DNA from: a virus
Lineage: Duplodnaviria; Caudoviricetes
Strand: one strand, 5' to 3'
DNA length: 64,000 bases
IMG/VR virus record: IMGVR_UViG_2595698524_000001
Span: 1-64,000 of that record
Part shown: positions 19,155 through 27,827 of the stretch, in pieces
Layout: each line of letters opens with the position of its first letter
Numbering within the stretch: position 1 is the stretch's first letter
The notes under the pieces: model-generated
Databases searched by the model: none
Seen by the model: the letters and a program-made list of their open reading frames with translations, nothing else
What the model was told of the DNA's origin: nothing
Translations under genes and position numbers: made by a program

Positions 19155-19774
19155 CCGAACAACAAAAGCCGGTTCGTGAATTAACCGAAATCGAAAAATT
19201 TCAACTGGAGCAGGTGAAAGAGTTGGAAAGCACCTTTGTGAATTTGACTGGCGCGACCCGCTATTCCGACTCGACGTTCCGCCGTCTGGGTCTGCCTATC
19301 CTGACCGGCCTGTTAGACGATACCTTCAACCCGCTGCTGTGGGCTGAGTTCATTGGCTCTAACTACGTGCCACTGGAAATCCTGACTGACGATCTGAGGG
19401 ATGTACTTTTTACATTACCCCCACTCCTTATGCCGGGACCAGCCATCATTGCACGTGACAACCAACAGTCACTTTCGGATGCGTCCACTGAGATTGCCTT
19501 ACAAGGTGAAATCATTGCAGAGAACGGTGGTATTCTGATTAATCAGCTGATTAACAGCACTGCCGGCGCAATTGACCGTGCCATGTACGGTATGAATTTC
19601 GAACGTGCTCGCCAGACTATCGCCACACTGAACGAAGTCTTCGAGCATTACGGTATTGACGGTCGTATTGAGTATCCGGAAGGGTTGTCTGAACCTGACC
19701 CGGCTTCTCGACCTAAAGCCGAGCAACCGAAGGAAAGAGAACGTTATGCCATTGACGATGGAGACGCACTATAG
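19151..19774 (+). CDS. hypothetical protein
   Basis: 207 aa; ATGA overlap. Confidence 0.8.
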   Translation: MTEQQKPVRELTEIEKFQLEQVKELESTFVNLTGATRYSDSTFRRLGLPILTGLLDDTFNPLLWAEFIGSNYVPLEILTDDLRDVLFTLPPLLMPGPAIIARDNQQSLSDASTEIALQGEIIAENGGILINQLINSTAGAIDRAMYGMNFERARQTIATLNEVFEHYGIDGRIEYPEGLSEPDPASRPKAEQPKERERYAIDDGDAL

Positions 19775-20885
19775 TGCGGTAACTAAACTCGTCGGCTGTA
19801 AAAGAGTGGTATTTTTCGGTGATGTGCACCTGCTCCATGGGCGGGTGCCTACCTCTCACATAGCCAACTCGCTCGTGAAGTTGATTACCGAGTTAAAAAA
19901 TACAGCAGATGCCATTTATATAGTAGGGGATTTATTTGACGACTCGAAGCACCTTCGCTCCGATGATACGCACGACGCGTTGGACTTTATTGCATGGCTG
20001 TTGAAGTGGTGCAAAGAGACCGGAACAGCGCTGCGTATCTTGGAGGGAACCCACTCGCATGACCACGGCCAATCAAAGTTTGTGCCGCGTATCAATAAGG
20101 CGATTGGGGCTGATGTGATGTATTTGTCGGGGATTGGGATTCACCATGACCCTGTGCTGGACATGACCGTAGGTTGGGTTCAGGATGACTACAACACAAA
20201 GGCGACAGAGACAGAGCAGGAAATGGCGGAACTGATGAAAACGCGCGGTATCGACAAAGTGGATTTCTTTGTCATGCACGGTTGCTTTCATTTCCAGCTA
20301 CCTGTTTTTAGTGAGAAGTCGTTTAATGAGAGTTTCTGGGTTAAGCGTGCGAAGCGTGCCATCTTTATCGGCCATGACCACCGCCCGAAACTCAATGGCA
20401 TTATCCGCGTCACTGGAAGTCCAGAGCGCCTCGCCATGGGTGAGGAGGAAGAAAAAGGTATTACCATCGCGGACTTTACGGATGAGCATACCCGACTGTA
20501 CTTTCGCGTGAACACCGATGCGTGCATGCAGTTAACCGTGCGCGCAATGGATGACTACGATGCGCATTATCAGGCGTGTCTGGCTGCGTTAAAACGCATT
20601 GACGAATCCCCCGTACCAGAGGTGGGGCGTCTTAAGATTGAATATGCATTCGATAGTCCGATTGCCGAGCATATTGCGCGGTGGAAAAAAGAATACATAT
20701 TTAATATCAAGGGAGACAAACTTCGCGACCCGAAAGTTGAAAAGCTTTTAGTCGAGGCGTTTAGTCACACATCTGAAGTCGAGACCATCGACCCAGATAA
20801 CGTGCAATCTATTATTCTGGCAGAAATGGCCGAGCTAGAATACGACCCGAATATTGTTTCGGAGATTATTGAATCAGTACGATGA
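19746..20885 (+). CDS. sbcD: SbcD/Mre11-family metallophosphoesterase nuclease
   Basis: motifs GDVH, GDLFD, GTHSHD, MHG, GHDH. Confidence 0.85.
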   Translation: MPLTMETHYSAVTKLVGCKRVVFFGDVHLLHGRVPTSHIANSLVKLITELKNTADAIYIVGDLFDDSKHLRSDDTHDALDFIAWLLKWCKETGTALRILEGTHSHDHGQSKFVPRINKAIGADVMYLSGIGIHHDPVLDMTVGWVQDDYNTKATETEQEMAELMKTRGIDKVDFFVMHGCFHFQLPVFSEKSFNESFWVKRAKRAIFIGHDHRPKLNGIIRVTGSPERLAMGEEEEKGITIADFTDEHTRLYFRVNTDACMQLTVRAMDDYDAHYQACLAALKRIDESPVPEVGRLKIEYAFDSPIAEHIARWKKEYIFNIKGDKLRDPKVEKLLVEAFSHTSEVETIDPDNVQSIILAEMAELEYDPNIVSEIIESVR

Positions 20886-20894
20886 GGAGAGCTA

Positions 20895-21716
20895 ATGGCT
20901 CTGTCGACCGTTGATCGGGTTTTTGGGTTAGAATACCCCATGTCCATTGCAACGTCCCTTGCGTTTGAGGGCTTACTCCATACGGGTGAGCATGCAGCTG
21001 ATAAAGGTGAACCCCCGGTTCACAAATTCCGCGCTATCTTTGTGAATGTGCGTACCTTATTTCGCAACGTCTATAATGCGTTCGAAGATAAAAAAGCAGA
21101 ACTTGATGCAGATATTGCTCTTGCAGCAATCGAAGAAGATGTGAAAACCATTCGGGAGACGGTAGCCGCCGTCTCCCCTTCGACCATATGTGTCTTCTAC
21201 CTCTGCCAGTACAAATCAATCAACAAAGAATTCCCTCAGGCCAAGTTTAAAAATCCCACCACCCCGAACCAAACCCATTACAACTCCGTTGAGTTGGATG
21301 TGTATAAGCGCGTGGTGAAAGATGAGTTGTTTGATGTCAAGCTCTTCGATGTGGAGATTTCGAACAACGTGGACACGGTGTGCTTAACGCATTTACCTGT
21401 GGACCTGCTGTGGCAGAAGAATTTCCCTAAACTGATGTTACTGGAATCCCATACCGGGAAAGTGAAAGGCCAACTCGAGTGGTACACTAAGCTGAACGGT
21501 AAGCCAGAAAACGTTCCTTTTAATAAAGCAACCCTACAGCTGTATGGCGATGGGGTTATGTTCTCACCGGAGGATTTGAAGTCTCGTCGTGTATTGGAGA
21601 AGGTGGCTGTGAAGTTTAACTGGAACCAAGCGACGACTATGAGCCGCATTAAATCCACATTGCGCATCGCCAACGAACCGTTCTTAATCGAGTATATCGA
21701 CCGGTTAAGTAAATAA
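20895..21716 (+). CDS. conserved hypothetical protein (phiKZ gp66-like)
   Basis: 273 aa with GAGGAG RBS; synteny. Confidence 0.65.
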   Translation: MALSTVDRVFGLEYPMSIATSLAFEGLLHTGEHAADKGEPPVHKFRAIFVNVRTLFRNVYNAFEDKKAELDADIALAAIEEDVKTIRETVAAVSPSTICVFYLCQYKSINKEFPQAKFKNPTTPNQTHYNSVELDVYKRVVKDELFDVKLFDVEISNNVDTVCLTHLPVDLLWQKNFPKLMLLESHTGKVKGQLEWYTKLNGKPENVPFNKATLQLYGDGVMFSPEDLKSRRVLEKVAVKFNWNQATTMSRIKSTLRIANEPFLIEYIDRLSK

Positions 21717-21723
21717 CTCTTAA

Positions 21724-21750
21724 TTTTTACGTCACCTACAATTGATGTGT
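21724..21750 (+). promoter_or_regulatory. putative middle-class promoter variant
   Basis: TTTTTAC-N15-TGTGT; the same variant occurs at 9916-9944. Confidence 0.45.
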
Positions 21751-21784
21751 AGCGTGACACCAACAACTAAAAGGACCTGTCATC

Positions 21785-22480
21785 ATGGCGTTCAACCATA
21801 AGTTTCTTAAAGACAAATCTATTCTGCCGAAAACCAAACCTGACGCACGTGGCCAGCAAAAATCCATGTCCATTGAGCCGAACATGTTCAATGGTGAGTG
21901 TGAGGGGCTGACCTTCAAATACTTCTTCGGGAAGGGCGAAGGTCTGTACCCGGCAATGAAACTGGGCACCCTGCGCGCAATCTGCGACGCGCTGGAAGAT
22001 GCCCTGCGTAACAAAGAGCAGAGCAAGCTCGAGTTCGAAATCACCAACAGTCAGAACAAACCGGCGACCATTATTACCGTGGGTCGTGGCGAAGATCTGA
22101 TTCCGTTCCTCGGTCTGTCCGGTGATGTTAACGGCCAGAAAAAGGCACAGAAGTTCATGTGGTATGCTGACAAAGGCGTGCGCTTGCTGCGTAACGGTCA
22201 GCCGGTTCCGGATCTGGAAGTGCATGAGCGTATGACCCGTACGTTCGTAAAAGAGTTCGACCTGTTTGTTCGTGCACTGGAAGACGTGTTCAATCCGCGT
22301 GAATGGAACAACAACGGTGGCGGCGGTCAAGCTAGCCGTGGTTCTTATCAGGGTGGTGGTCAGCGTCAAGGTGGTGGCTCTTATCAGGGAGGCGGCTCTT
22401 ATCAAGGCGGTGGTCAGTCTGGCGGTCAAGGCGGCGGTTCTATGGCTGCGGCGACTAACGAATACGACGAAATGTTCTAA
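21785..22480 (+). CDS. chmC: ChmC-like nucleus-associated RNA-binding protein (phiKZ gp67-like)
   Basis: folded N-terminal domain plus Gly/Ser/Tyr/Gln low-complexity tail; directly upstream of the gp68/gp69/gp70-like genes, as described for ChmC. Confidence 0.7.
   Translation: MAFNHKFLKDKSILPKTKPDARGQQKSMSIEPNMFNGECEGLTFKYFFGKGEGLYPAMKLGTLRAICDALEDALRNKEQSKLEFEITNSQNKPATIITVGRGEDLIPFLGLSGDVNGQKKAQKFMWYADKGVRLLRNGQPVPDLEVHERMTRTFVKEFDLFVRALEDVFNPREWNNNGGGGQASRGSYQGGGQRQGGGSYQGGGSYQGGGQSGGQGGGSMAAATNEYDEMF
22338..22412 (+). repeat. coding repeat, 3x GG(T/C)TCTTATCA(G/A)GG (GSYQG)
   Basis: three near-identical units in the ChmC-like tail. Confidence 0.8.
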
Positions 22481-22534
22481 TCGGTGCTGGCACAGGGGTG
22501 GGTTTTCCCACCCCTACACTGAAAGTGGTTTGAA

Positions 22535-22553
22535 ATATATGTTATCGTCGTGA
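22535..22553 (+). promoter_or_regulatory. putative early promoter
   Basis: ATATATG-TTA-TCGTC-GTGA. Confidence 0.6.
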
Positions 22554-22573
22554 ATAACCCGAGGAGCAATCTG

Positions 22574-24214
22574 ATGAACATTGAGAAAATTCGCGAAAGC
22601 GTGGTGATTAGTCGTAACGGCGAAACCATTACTTTTAATAACGTGCCGCACATCAACCGTAAAAAGAACACGGTCAAGATTCGCATGGAAGATGATGGGG
22701 ATTTCCTGTCACGTGACCAACTGCTGTTCCTCGAACTGAATCGTCTCTGGGGTACGTTCTCCGAGAAAGAACTCGACGAAGTTTGGGAGATTTACAAGAA
22801 TGTGCAACTGCTGGTTACTGAACCGGACGATGTACGTTTTGAAGTGTTGCCGGACATGCTGCGTCGTTTGGTTGAGCTGCATTACGTCGACCGTTACATT
22901 GCACTTTACCCGCAAGACAAAGTGTGGATTCCGAAGAAGCTCGAAAACAACTTCGACAACATTTCTCCGAACTACACGGAAGCCATGACGTATCTGGTCT
23001 CTGACTATTATAACCTCATGACTTTCACTCTGGCATTGAAACCACTGATTCCGGTCTTCGCGGCATTCGGTGCGTATCCACCTGTGAAGATGAACTCACA
23101 GTCTGCTCGTCGTAAAATCGTGACCTTGACGAACGATTGCTTCGAAATTCTGCTGACGTCCAAACTGGGCAGTCATCCAGCGATTCAAAAGCTGCGCGAC
23201 TCTTTACCACACACCATCGTGAAAATTCAGAAGGAAGCCGGTTCCCAGAACTCGAATGCTCCGTCACTGACACTGATTGCGGTCGTGGAAGGTTATGGCA
23301 TCGACGCGCTGGAAGAGTACATCACAGCATTTACTGTTGTGAACATTCTGGCACTGCAACCGGTAGGTGCGGATTTCAAAGAAGGTGTGATGGATGAAAA
23401 CTCCATCGTAAGCCGCATCTTCTATGGCATTCGTCCGGAAGTGTTGAATGGGTTTGCTGATAAAATGTCAGCACACCACGTCACCGAGAAACCGCATGCG
23501 TCCACCATGAAACTCAATGGCGAGCGCGGCAAGACCTCCGTGATTGATACCGTGAATGCACGCTCTACAGCACCGATTAAAGAATCGGAACGTACGGCGT
23601 TTTACTTTACGGAGTATCGTCGAGCGTTGAAACGTATCGAAGCAGACATCGCACCAGCCCGATGCAAACAGCACATCGATGGGATTATCGAACATCATCC
23701 ACGTCCGTTCTCTGAACTGCACGAGTGGTTGGTGTCGGTGGTGTTACATCGTCATGCGCACCGCGGTACGTATAAAGATGTCGACCAGAAAGCCTTCATG
23801 CATGGCATGGGCATTGCGCAGGCAATCTGGGCAAGCTATGGAATGTTTTCGGCCGCAGCACTGCTAAGCTGTTCTGCGTTACCGGGTCGTGACGGTTTGG
23901 AATATCCGTTCCTGCCAATCGAATCCGATATCAAAGAAAAGTCGGAAATATATTATCCTCAGGCATACCGTGCGCATAAAGGTACGGAAACCATCAGTCC
24001 TTTACGTGAGTCAGTGATGATTCTGATTCGCGATTACATTAACCCGTACAGCTTCCATCTGAAAACCTCACCTGAGGTCGCAGAGATTCTGGGCGTGCAA
24101 CCGGAAGTGAAAGGTTACATCCCGGGTAAGAATCTCCAAATGGAGTTGTCCGAAATGCTACTGATTCAGGCACGACAGAAACATCGTGAACTGCATCCGT
24201 TGGCCGCCGAATAA
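22574..24214 (+). CDS. non-virion RNAP promoter-specificity (sigma-like) subunit (phiKZ gp68-like)
   Basis: ~546 aa helical protein with GAGGAG RBS; conserved position between ChmC and PicA. Confidence 0.65.
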   Translation: MNIEKIRESVVISRNGETITFNNVPHINRKKNTVKIRMEDDGDFLSRDQLLFLELNRLWGTFSEKELDEVWEIYKNVQLLVTEPDDVRFEVLPDMLRRLVELHYVDRYIALYPQDKVWIPKKLENNFDNISPNYTEAMTYLVSDYYNLMTFTLALKPLIPVFAAFGAYPPVKMNSQSARRKIVTLTNDCFEILLTSKLGSHPAIQKLRDSLPHTIVKIQKEAGSQNSNAPSLTLIAVVEGYGIDALEEYITAFTVVNILALQPVGADFKEGVMDENSIVSRIFYGIRPEVLNGFADKMSAHHVTEKPHASTMKLNGERGKTSVIDTVNARSTAPIKESERTAFYFTEYRRALKRIEADIAPARCKQHIDGIIEHHPRPFSELHEWLVSVVLHRHAHRGTYKDVDQKAFMHGMGIAQAIWASYGMFSAAALLSCSALPGRDGLEYPFLPIESDIKEKSEIYYPQAYRAHKGTETISPLRESVMILIRDYINPYSFHLKTSPEVAEILGVQPEVKGYIPGKNLQMELSEMLLIQARQKHRELHPLAAE

Positions 24215-24252
24215 TTACACGCAACTATAAAGAACATATCGAGGAGTAATCA

Positions 24253-25971
24253 ATGAAACTGCTGCAACTGCAAATGTACCCGGTCTACGAAATCCCTGAG
24301 CAGATTCGTCGCCGAATTGCATTTAACGCAGGTACCGAAGACCTGACCCATCTGAGCGATGTGATTGTTCAGAATGGTGCGGGCGCGACCAGCGCGTTTG
24401 ATTATGGCGAAGCAATGGGTAAGATTGTAGGCTTTGACCCGACCCCGGGCAGCTTCGAGAAACCGATTGTTGATATTTCCGAACAGAACAATACTGTCAC
24501 CCCTTTCCGCTTCGAGCAGCGTAGCCGCATTTATAACTTCGTGGCGGTAGTGGTGGTAAACCCAATCAACGAAACTCGCTCGCAGGAGATTCGTTACATC
24601 CTGACCGGTTACACGTCAGAAGCCGACCCGACGTTGGCGAGCCTGTTGCCTGACGATATGGTGTTGTACATCAACGACATCTATGGCGTGCGTCTGAGCT
24701 ATAAGTACGACGCCGTCGGTAACCGCTATGTTGACCCGAACTCGTTCCAGATGGTAGACAACTATGTACTGTCGAACACACTGGTAACGCAACAGGGTAC
24801 CGAACTGACGCTGGACCCGATTGCGCTGACTAAGGCAGCCAAAACGGTTTCCAATCTGGACGTGAATCCGCTGGCAGGTGAGGAGCTTTCCTTTAGCGTC
24901 AACTCCGATAGCGTACTTGGCCCGTCACTGCAATCTGAAGCGCAACTGCTTACAGCGCAGCTGACTCGTCCGGAGTCGTTCATCGGTGCGATGTCCACGG
25001 GCTTCCTTAACTCATTACTGAATGAGCAGGAGTCTAACTCCCTGACGGGCATCAATGCGTTCTTTGATAACGGCACCATGTCACTGGAAGGTGAGATGCG
25101 TCGTCTGGGCGTAGTGAAGTCGTATAAGAACCACAACTTCGCTAACGCCATGCGTACTGCATTGTCACGTAACAACTTCGTGACCGATGCTTATCGCCAG
25201 TCTCAGGATGCTAAGTTCCGTCTGGGTGACCTGCGTGCTGTGCTGTTCAACCCGGCTGACCTCAACCGTATGCTGCAAGAATCGCTGAGCACCGCTCTGC
25301 GTAACATGCACATGGGTATTGATAAAACCGATAGCTGGACTAGCACCAACGGCTTTGCTACCGAAGCGTCATTGGTAGCGTATGACGTTGGCATGCGCAT
25401 GGGTCAGGTGATGGCTAAGAACCTGATTAATACCGTACGTGTCGTCTTTGACAACCGTATGGCGAACTTCGACACGCAGCCACAGCTGTCGGTGGTGCCG
25501 GGTTCGGCGGAGTCAATTAGTGAAGGGGGTATCCCAGCGCTGATGGCTCGCAACTTCATGCGTGAAATGATGCAGACCTTCATTGCGGCAACTCGTCACA
25601 ATGCGGTTCGTGTCAAAATGGTGGTGATTGCCCGTCTGGGTCAGGTAATCCGTATTGAGATTACGCCGGACGGTGAACCAACCACCGAGTTCTACACCTT
25701 CGCGTCGTTCATGTCTTCCCGTATGCATATCGGCCTGACCTACGACAATACTTACAACAACACCGTTGCGAAAAATACCAGCACGTTGTTCAATACAATC
25801 CAACACGGCTTTGATGAGTATACTCGTCGCGATTCCTCGAACGCGGTGATGGTCTCATTGTCGAATGTTGCTCCGTCTAACGGGTTTACGATTCCGGATT
25901 CACCGGTCTCCCAGCCCGCGTCTGGCGGGTTCTCGTTCGGCAGCGATGACGTTACTGGATTCAAACTCTAA
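24253..25971 (+). CDS. picA: phage-nucleus protein import factor PicA/Imp1 (phiKZ gp69-like)
   Basis: 572 aa; synteny in the ChmC-gp68-gp69-gp70-nvRNAP block. Confidence 0.65.
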   Translation: MKLLQLQMYPVYEIPEQIRRRIAFNAGTEDLTHLSDVIVQNGAGATSAFDYGEAMGKIVGFDPTPGSFEKPIVDISEQNNTVTPFRFEQRSRIYNFVAVVVVNPINETRSQEIRYILTGYTSEADPTLASLLPDDMVLYINDIYGVRLSYKYDAVGNRYVDPNSFQMVDNYVLSNTLVTQQGTELTLDPIALTKAAKTVSNLDVNPLAGEELSFSVNSDSVLGPSLQSEAQLLTAQLTRPESFIGAMSTGFLNSLLNEQESNSLTGINAFFDNGTMSLEGEMRRLGVVKSYKNHNFANAMRTALSRNNFVTDAYRQSQDAKFRLGDLRAVLFNPADLNRMLQESLSTALRNMHMGIDKTDSWTSTNGFATEASLVAYDVGMRMGQVMAKNLINTVRVVFDNRMANFDTQPQLSVVPGSAESISEGGIPALMARNFMREMMQTFIAATRHNAVRVKMVVIARLGQVIRIEITPDGEPTTEFYTFASFMSSRMHIGLTYDNTYNNTVAKNTSTLFNTIQHGFDEYTRRDSSNAVMVSLSNVAPSNGFTIPDSPVSQPASGGFSFGSDDVTGFKL

Positions 25972-25983
25972 AAGGAAACCACG

Positions 25984-27399
25984 ATGAGTACCAAGCTGAA
26001 CATTATTGACTTCTACCGCGCCCAGTTGGATTCACTGGGCTTTGGGGATAAAGATGCGTTCCTCTTCCACAAAGAAGATGGTGAGCTGACTGACCCGGTG
26101 AAGTTCAAGTACGCAGGTGAGGAGCGCCAGATGGTGCTCCCTACTTACCAGATGATTAAAGCTGGTTTGCGTGATGAGTTGGGTAACGATTGCCATGCGT
26201 ATCACCCACTGTGTGAATCGGTCATGACGGGTGAGTCCGGCACCATCCGCTTCCTTAAGCAGGCGATTAAGAATCAGCTGTACGTGAAAGGCATGAGCTT
26301 TATCACGTTCCTGATTAAGGCGCTGGCCGATGGGAAGTCTTCACGTTCCGCAACCTTTAAGAAGTTTGTGGCGGAGATGACCAAAGGCATCAAAGATCCG
26401 AAAATCGATGATAAGTTACTGCGTAGCTGGATGAACGTGGCGACGTATATCAAAGATAAGATGGATAAGAAGCAGCGCATTATGCTGAGCATCCAGCCTG
26501 ACCAGAAAATCGACGGTGCGAAATATCTGCGGGCGGCGAACTACAAGCATGCGTTCAGTGAAGAGCAGGATGACGGTACAGCAACGTACTTCGGTGTCCG
26601 TCTGGAACGTAAGCAGGACAAAGTGATTATTCACAACCTGCTCACCACCGTGTTCGGTTGGTATCCGGAAGAGATGGGGTCAAACGACCAACGTGCCTAT
26701 TACGGTTCGTTGATTCGTGGCTGGGCGGAATTCGTGTTGAAGTTTAATCAACATGCAAAAGGTCTGAAAGATATCGTTCCAGACTACGAGCTGTTGAATG
26801 ACACGTGGCTGCCTGAGCTGGACAACATGCGTGAGTACGACGGGAAAATTCAAACCCTGCCGTACAATACCGGTAGTCGTGATGCCAATGTCGAAACCAC
26901 GCAGAAAGATTTCCGTGTGGGTGGACAACGTAGTTACGAAGAGCCGGTTGCGCAGACTGCGACGGAAATCCGCAAAACGGAGAACGGGTTAATTGACCCT
27001 CTGTCTCTGTTGTCTCCGAAAACGGCACCGAACTCCGGTAACGTGTTTGTGAACGGTACCCGTCAGGTTGACCTGTCACAATACGCACCGATTGAACAGA
27101 AGCTGATTCGCGAAGGCCGTACTCAGGCACAGCCGTCGAAAATCTCTTCTATTCCGTTGTCACAAGCACTGGGTGGTGGTCATACGCCGCGTGCGGGAAG
27201 CGCTGCTGATTTCTTCGGCGGTAACACTGGTAACGTGTTCACCAACACAACCAGTAACAGCAACCCGTTCACCAGTACCACTTCCAGCAATCCGTTTGCA
27301 GCTGCGTCGAATAACAATCCGTTCACCGGGGGTGGTAACAATAACCCATTCGGTGGTGGCGGTAGTAACGACAACAGTTTGTTTAGCGGTATGCTGTAA
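25984..27399 (+). CDS. nucleus-block protein (phiKZ gp70-like) with NPF/FG-rich tail
   Basis: 471 aa; C-terminal N/S/T/G-rich region with 4x NPF, 2x NVF and FFGG. Confidence 0.7.
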   Translation: MSTKLNIIDFYRAQLDSLGFGDKDAFLFHKEDGELTDPVKFKYAGEERQMVLPTYQMIKAGLRDELGNDCHAYHPLCESVMTGESGTIRFLKQAIKNQLYVKGMSFITFLIKALADGKSSRSATFKKFVAEMTKGIKDPKIDDKLLRSWMNVATYIKDKMDKKQRIMLSIQPDQKIDGAKYLRAANYKHAFSEEQDDGTATYFGVRLERKQDKVIIHNLLTTVFGWYPEEMGSNDQRAYYGSLIRGWAEFVLKFNQHAKGLKDIVPDYELLNDTWLPELDNMREYDGKIQTLPYNTGSRDANVETTQKDFRVGGQRSYEEPVAQTATEIRKTENGLIDPLSLLSPKTAPNSGNVFVNGTRQVDLSQYAPIEQKLIREGRTQAQPSKISSIPLSQALGGGHTPRAGSAADFFGGNTGNVFTNTTSNSNPFTSTTSSNPFAAASNNNPFTGGGNNNPFGGGGSNDNSLFSGML

Positions 27400-27401
27400 G
27401 C

Positions 27402-27438
27402 AAAAAATAAATAAGGGGTTAGCACCCCTTATTTTTTT
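27402..27438. terminator. bidirectional terminator
   Basis: AAAAAATAAATAAGGGGT-TAGC-ACCCCTTATTTTTTT. Confidence 0.85.
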
Positions 27439-27760
27439 AAACGACCGCGGAGTCCAAGATGCTGGCTACCACACCGATGTCCGGAATCATCAATGTCTGG
27501 ATATCAGGGGTAAACTCCATCGGGCTTCGCAGATTGTTTAAAAGCATGATTGGGAAGACCAGTTCGCTTGGGATACCGGCCAGTCTGCAATACGCATACA
27601 GGCTGTGCATCTCCGGATACGAGTAGCGTGGGTCTACCGCTACTGCTTTCTTTGTGTCCGGATGGTTCCGCAAGTAGTCGAGATGGTCAATGATGAGTTG
27701 GCGCTCTATTGTGCTAAGGGCAGGAATGGCCGACTCGTAAGTTACAAAGCTATCAAGCAC
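27437..27760 (-). CDS. small LysM-like / T4 gp53-like baseplate protein
   Basis: GTG after AAGGAGG; IMLLNNLRSP...TLMIP resembles the LysM I..lN.l..P...L.IP pattern. Confidence 0.5.
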   Translation of the reverse strand: MLDSFVTYESAIPALSTIERQLIIDHLDYLRNHPDTKKAVAVDPRYSYPEMHSLYAYCRLAGIPSELVFPIMLLNNLRSPMEFTPDIQTLMIPDIGVVASILDSAVV

Positions 27761-27786
27761 AACTTCCTCCTTTAAAATAAATTAAC

Positions 27787-27805
27787 ATATATGTTATCTT
27801 GGTGT
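27787..27805 (+). promoter_or_regulatory. putative early promoter of the nvRNAP operon
   Basis: ATATATG-TTA-TCTTG-GTGT. Confidence 0.6.
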
Positions 27806-27827
27806 AAACCTGTGAGGAGTATTAAGA

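Noticed and set aside
21767-22429. Antisense ORF with a Thr/Ala-rich repeat
   Set aside because: Reverse complement of the Gly-rich ChmC-like tail
22494-22515. Hairpin AGGGGTGGG-TTTT-CCCACCCCT as a terminator
   Set aside because: No U-tract on either strand; may be a stabilising hairpin, so not called
27220-27370. Recurring AACCCGTTC-like units as a possible CRISPR or DNA repeat array
   Set aside because: Degenerate at synonymous positions and in frame; protein-level NPF repeats with no spacer structure
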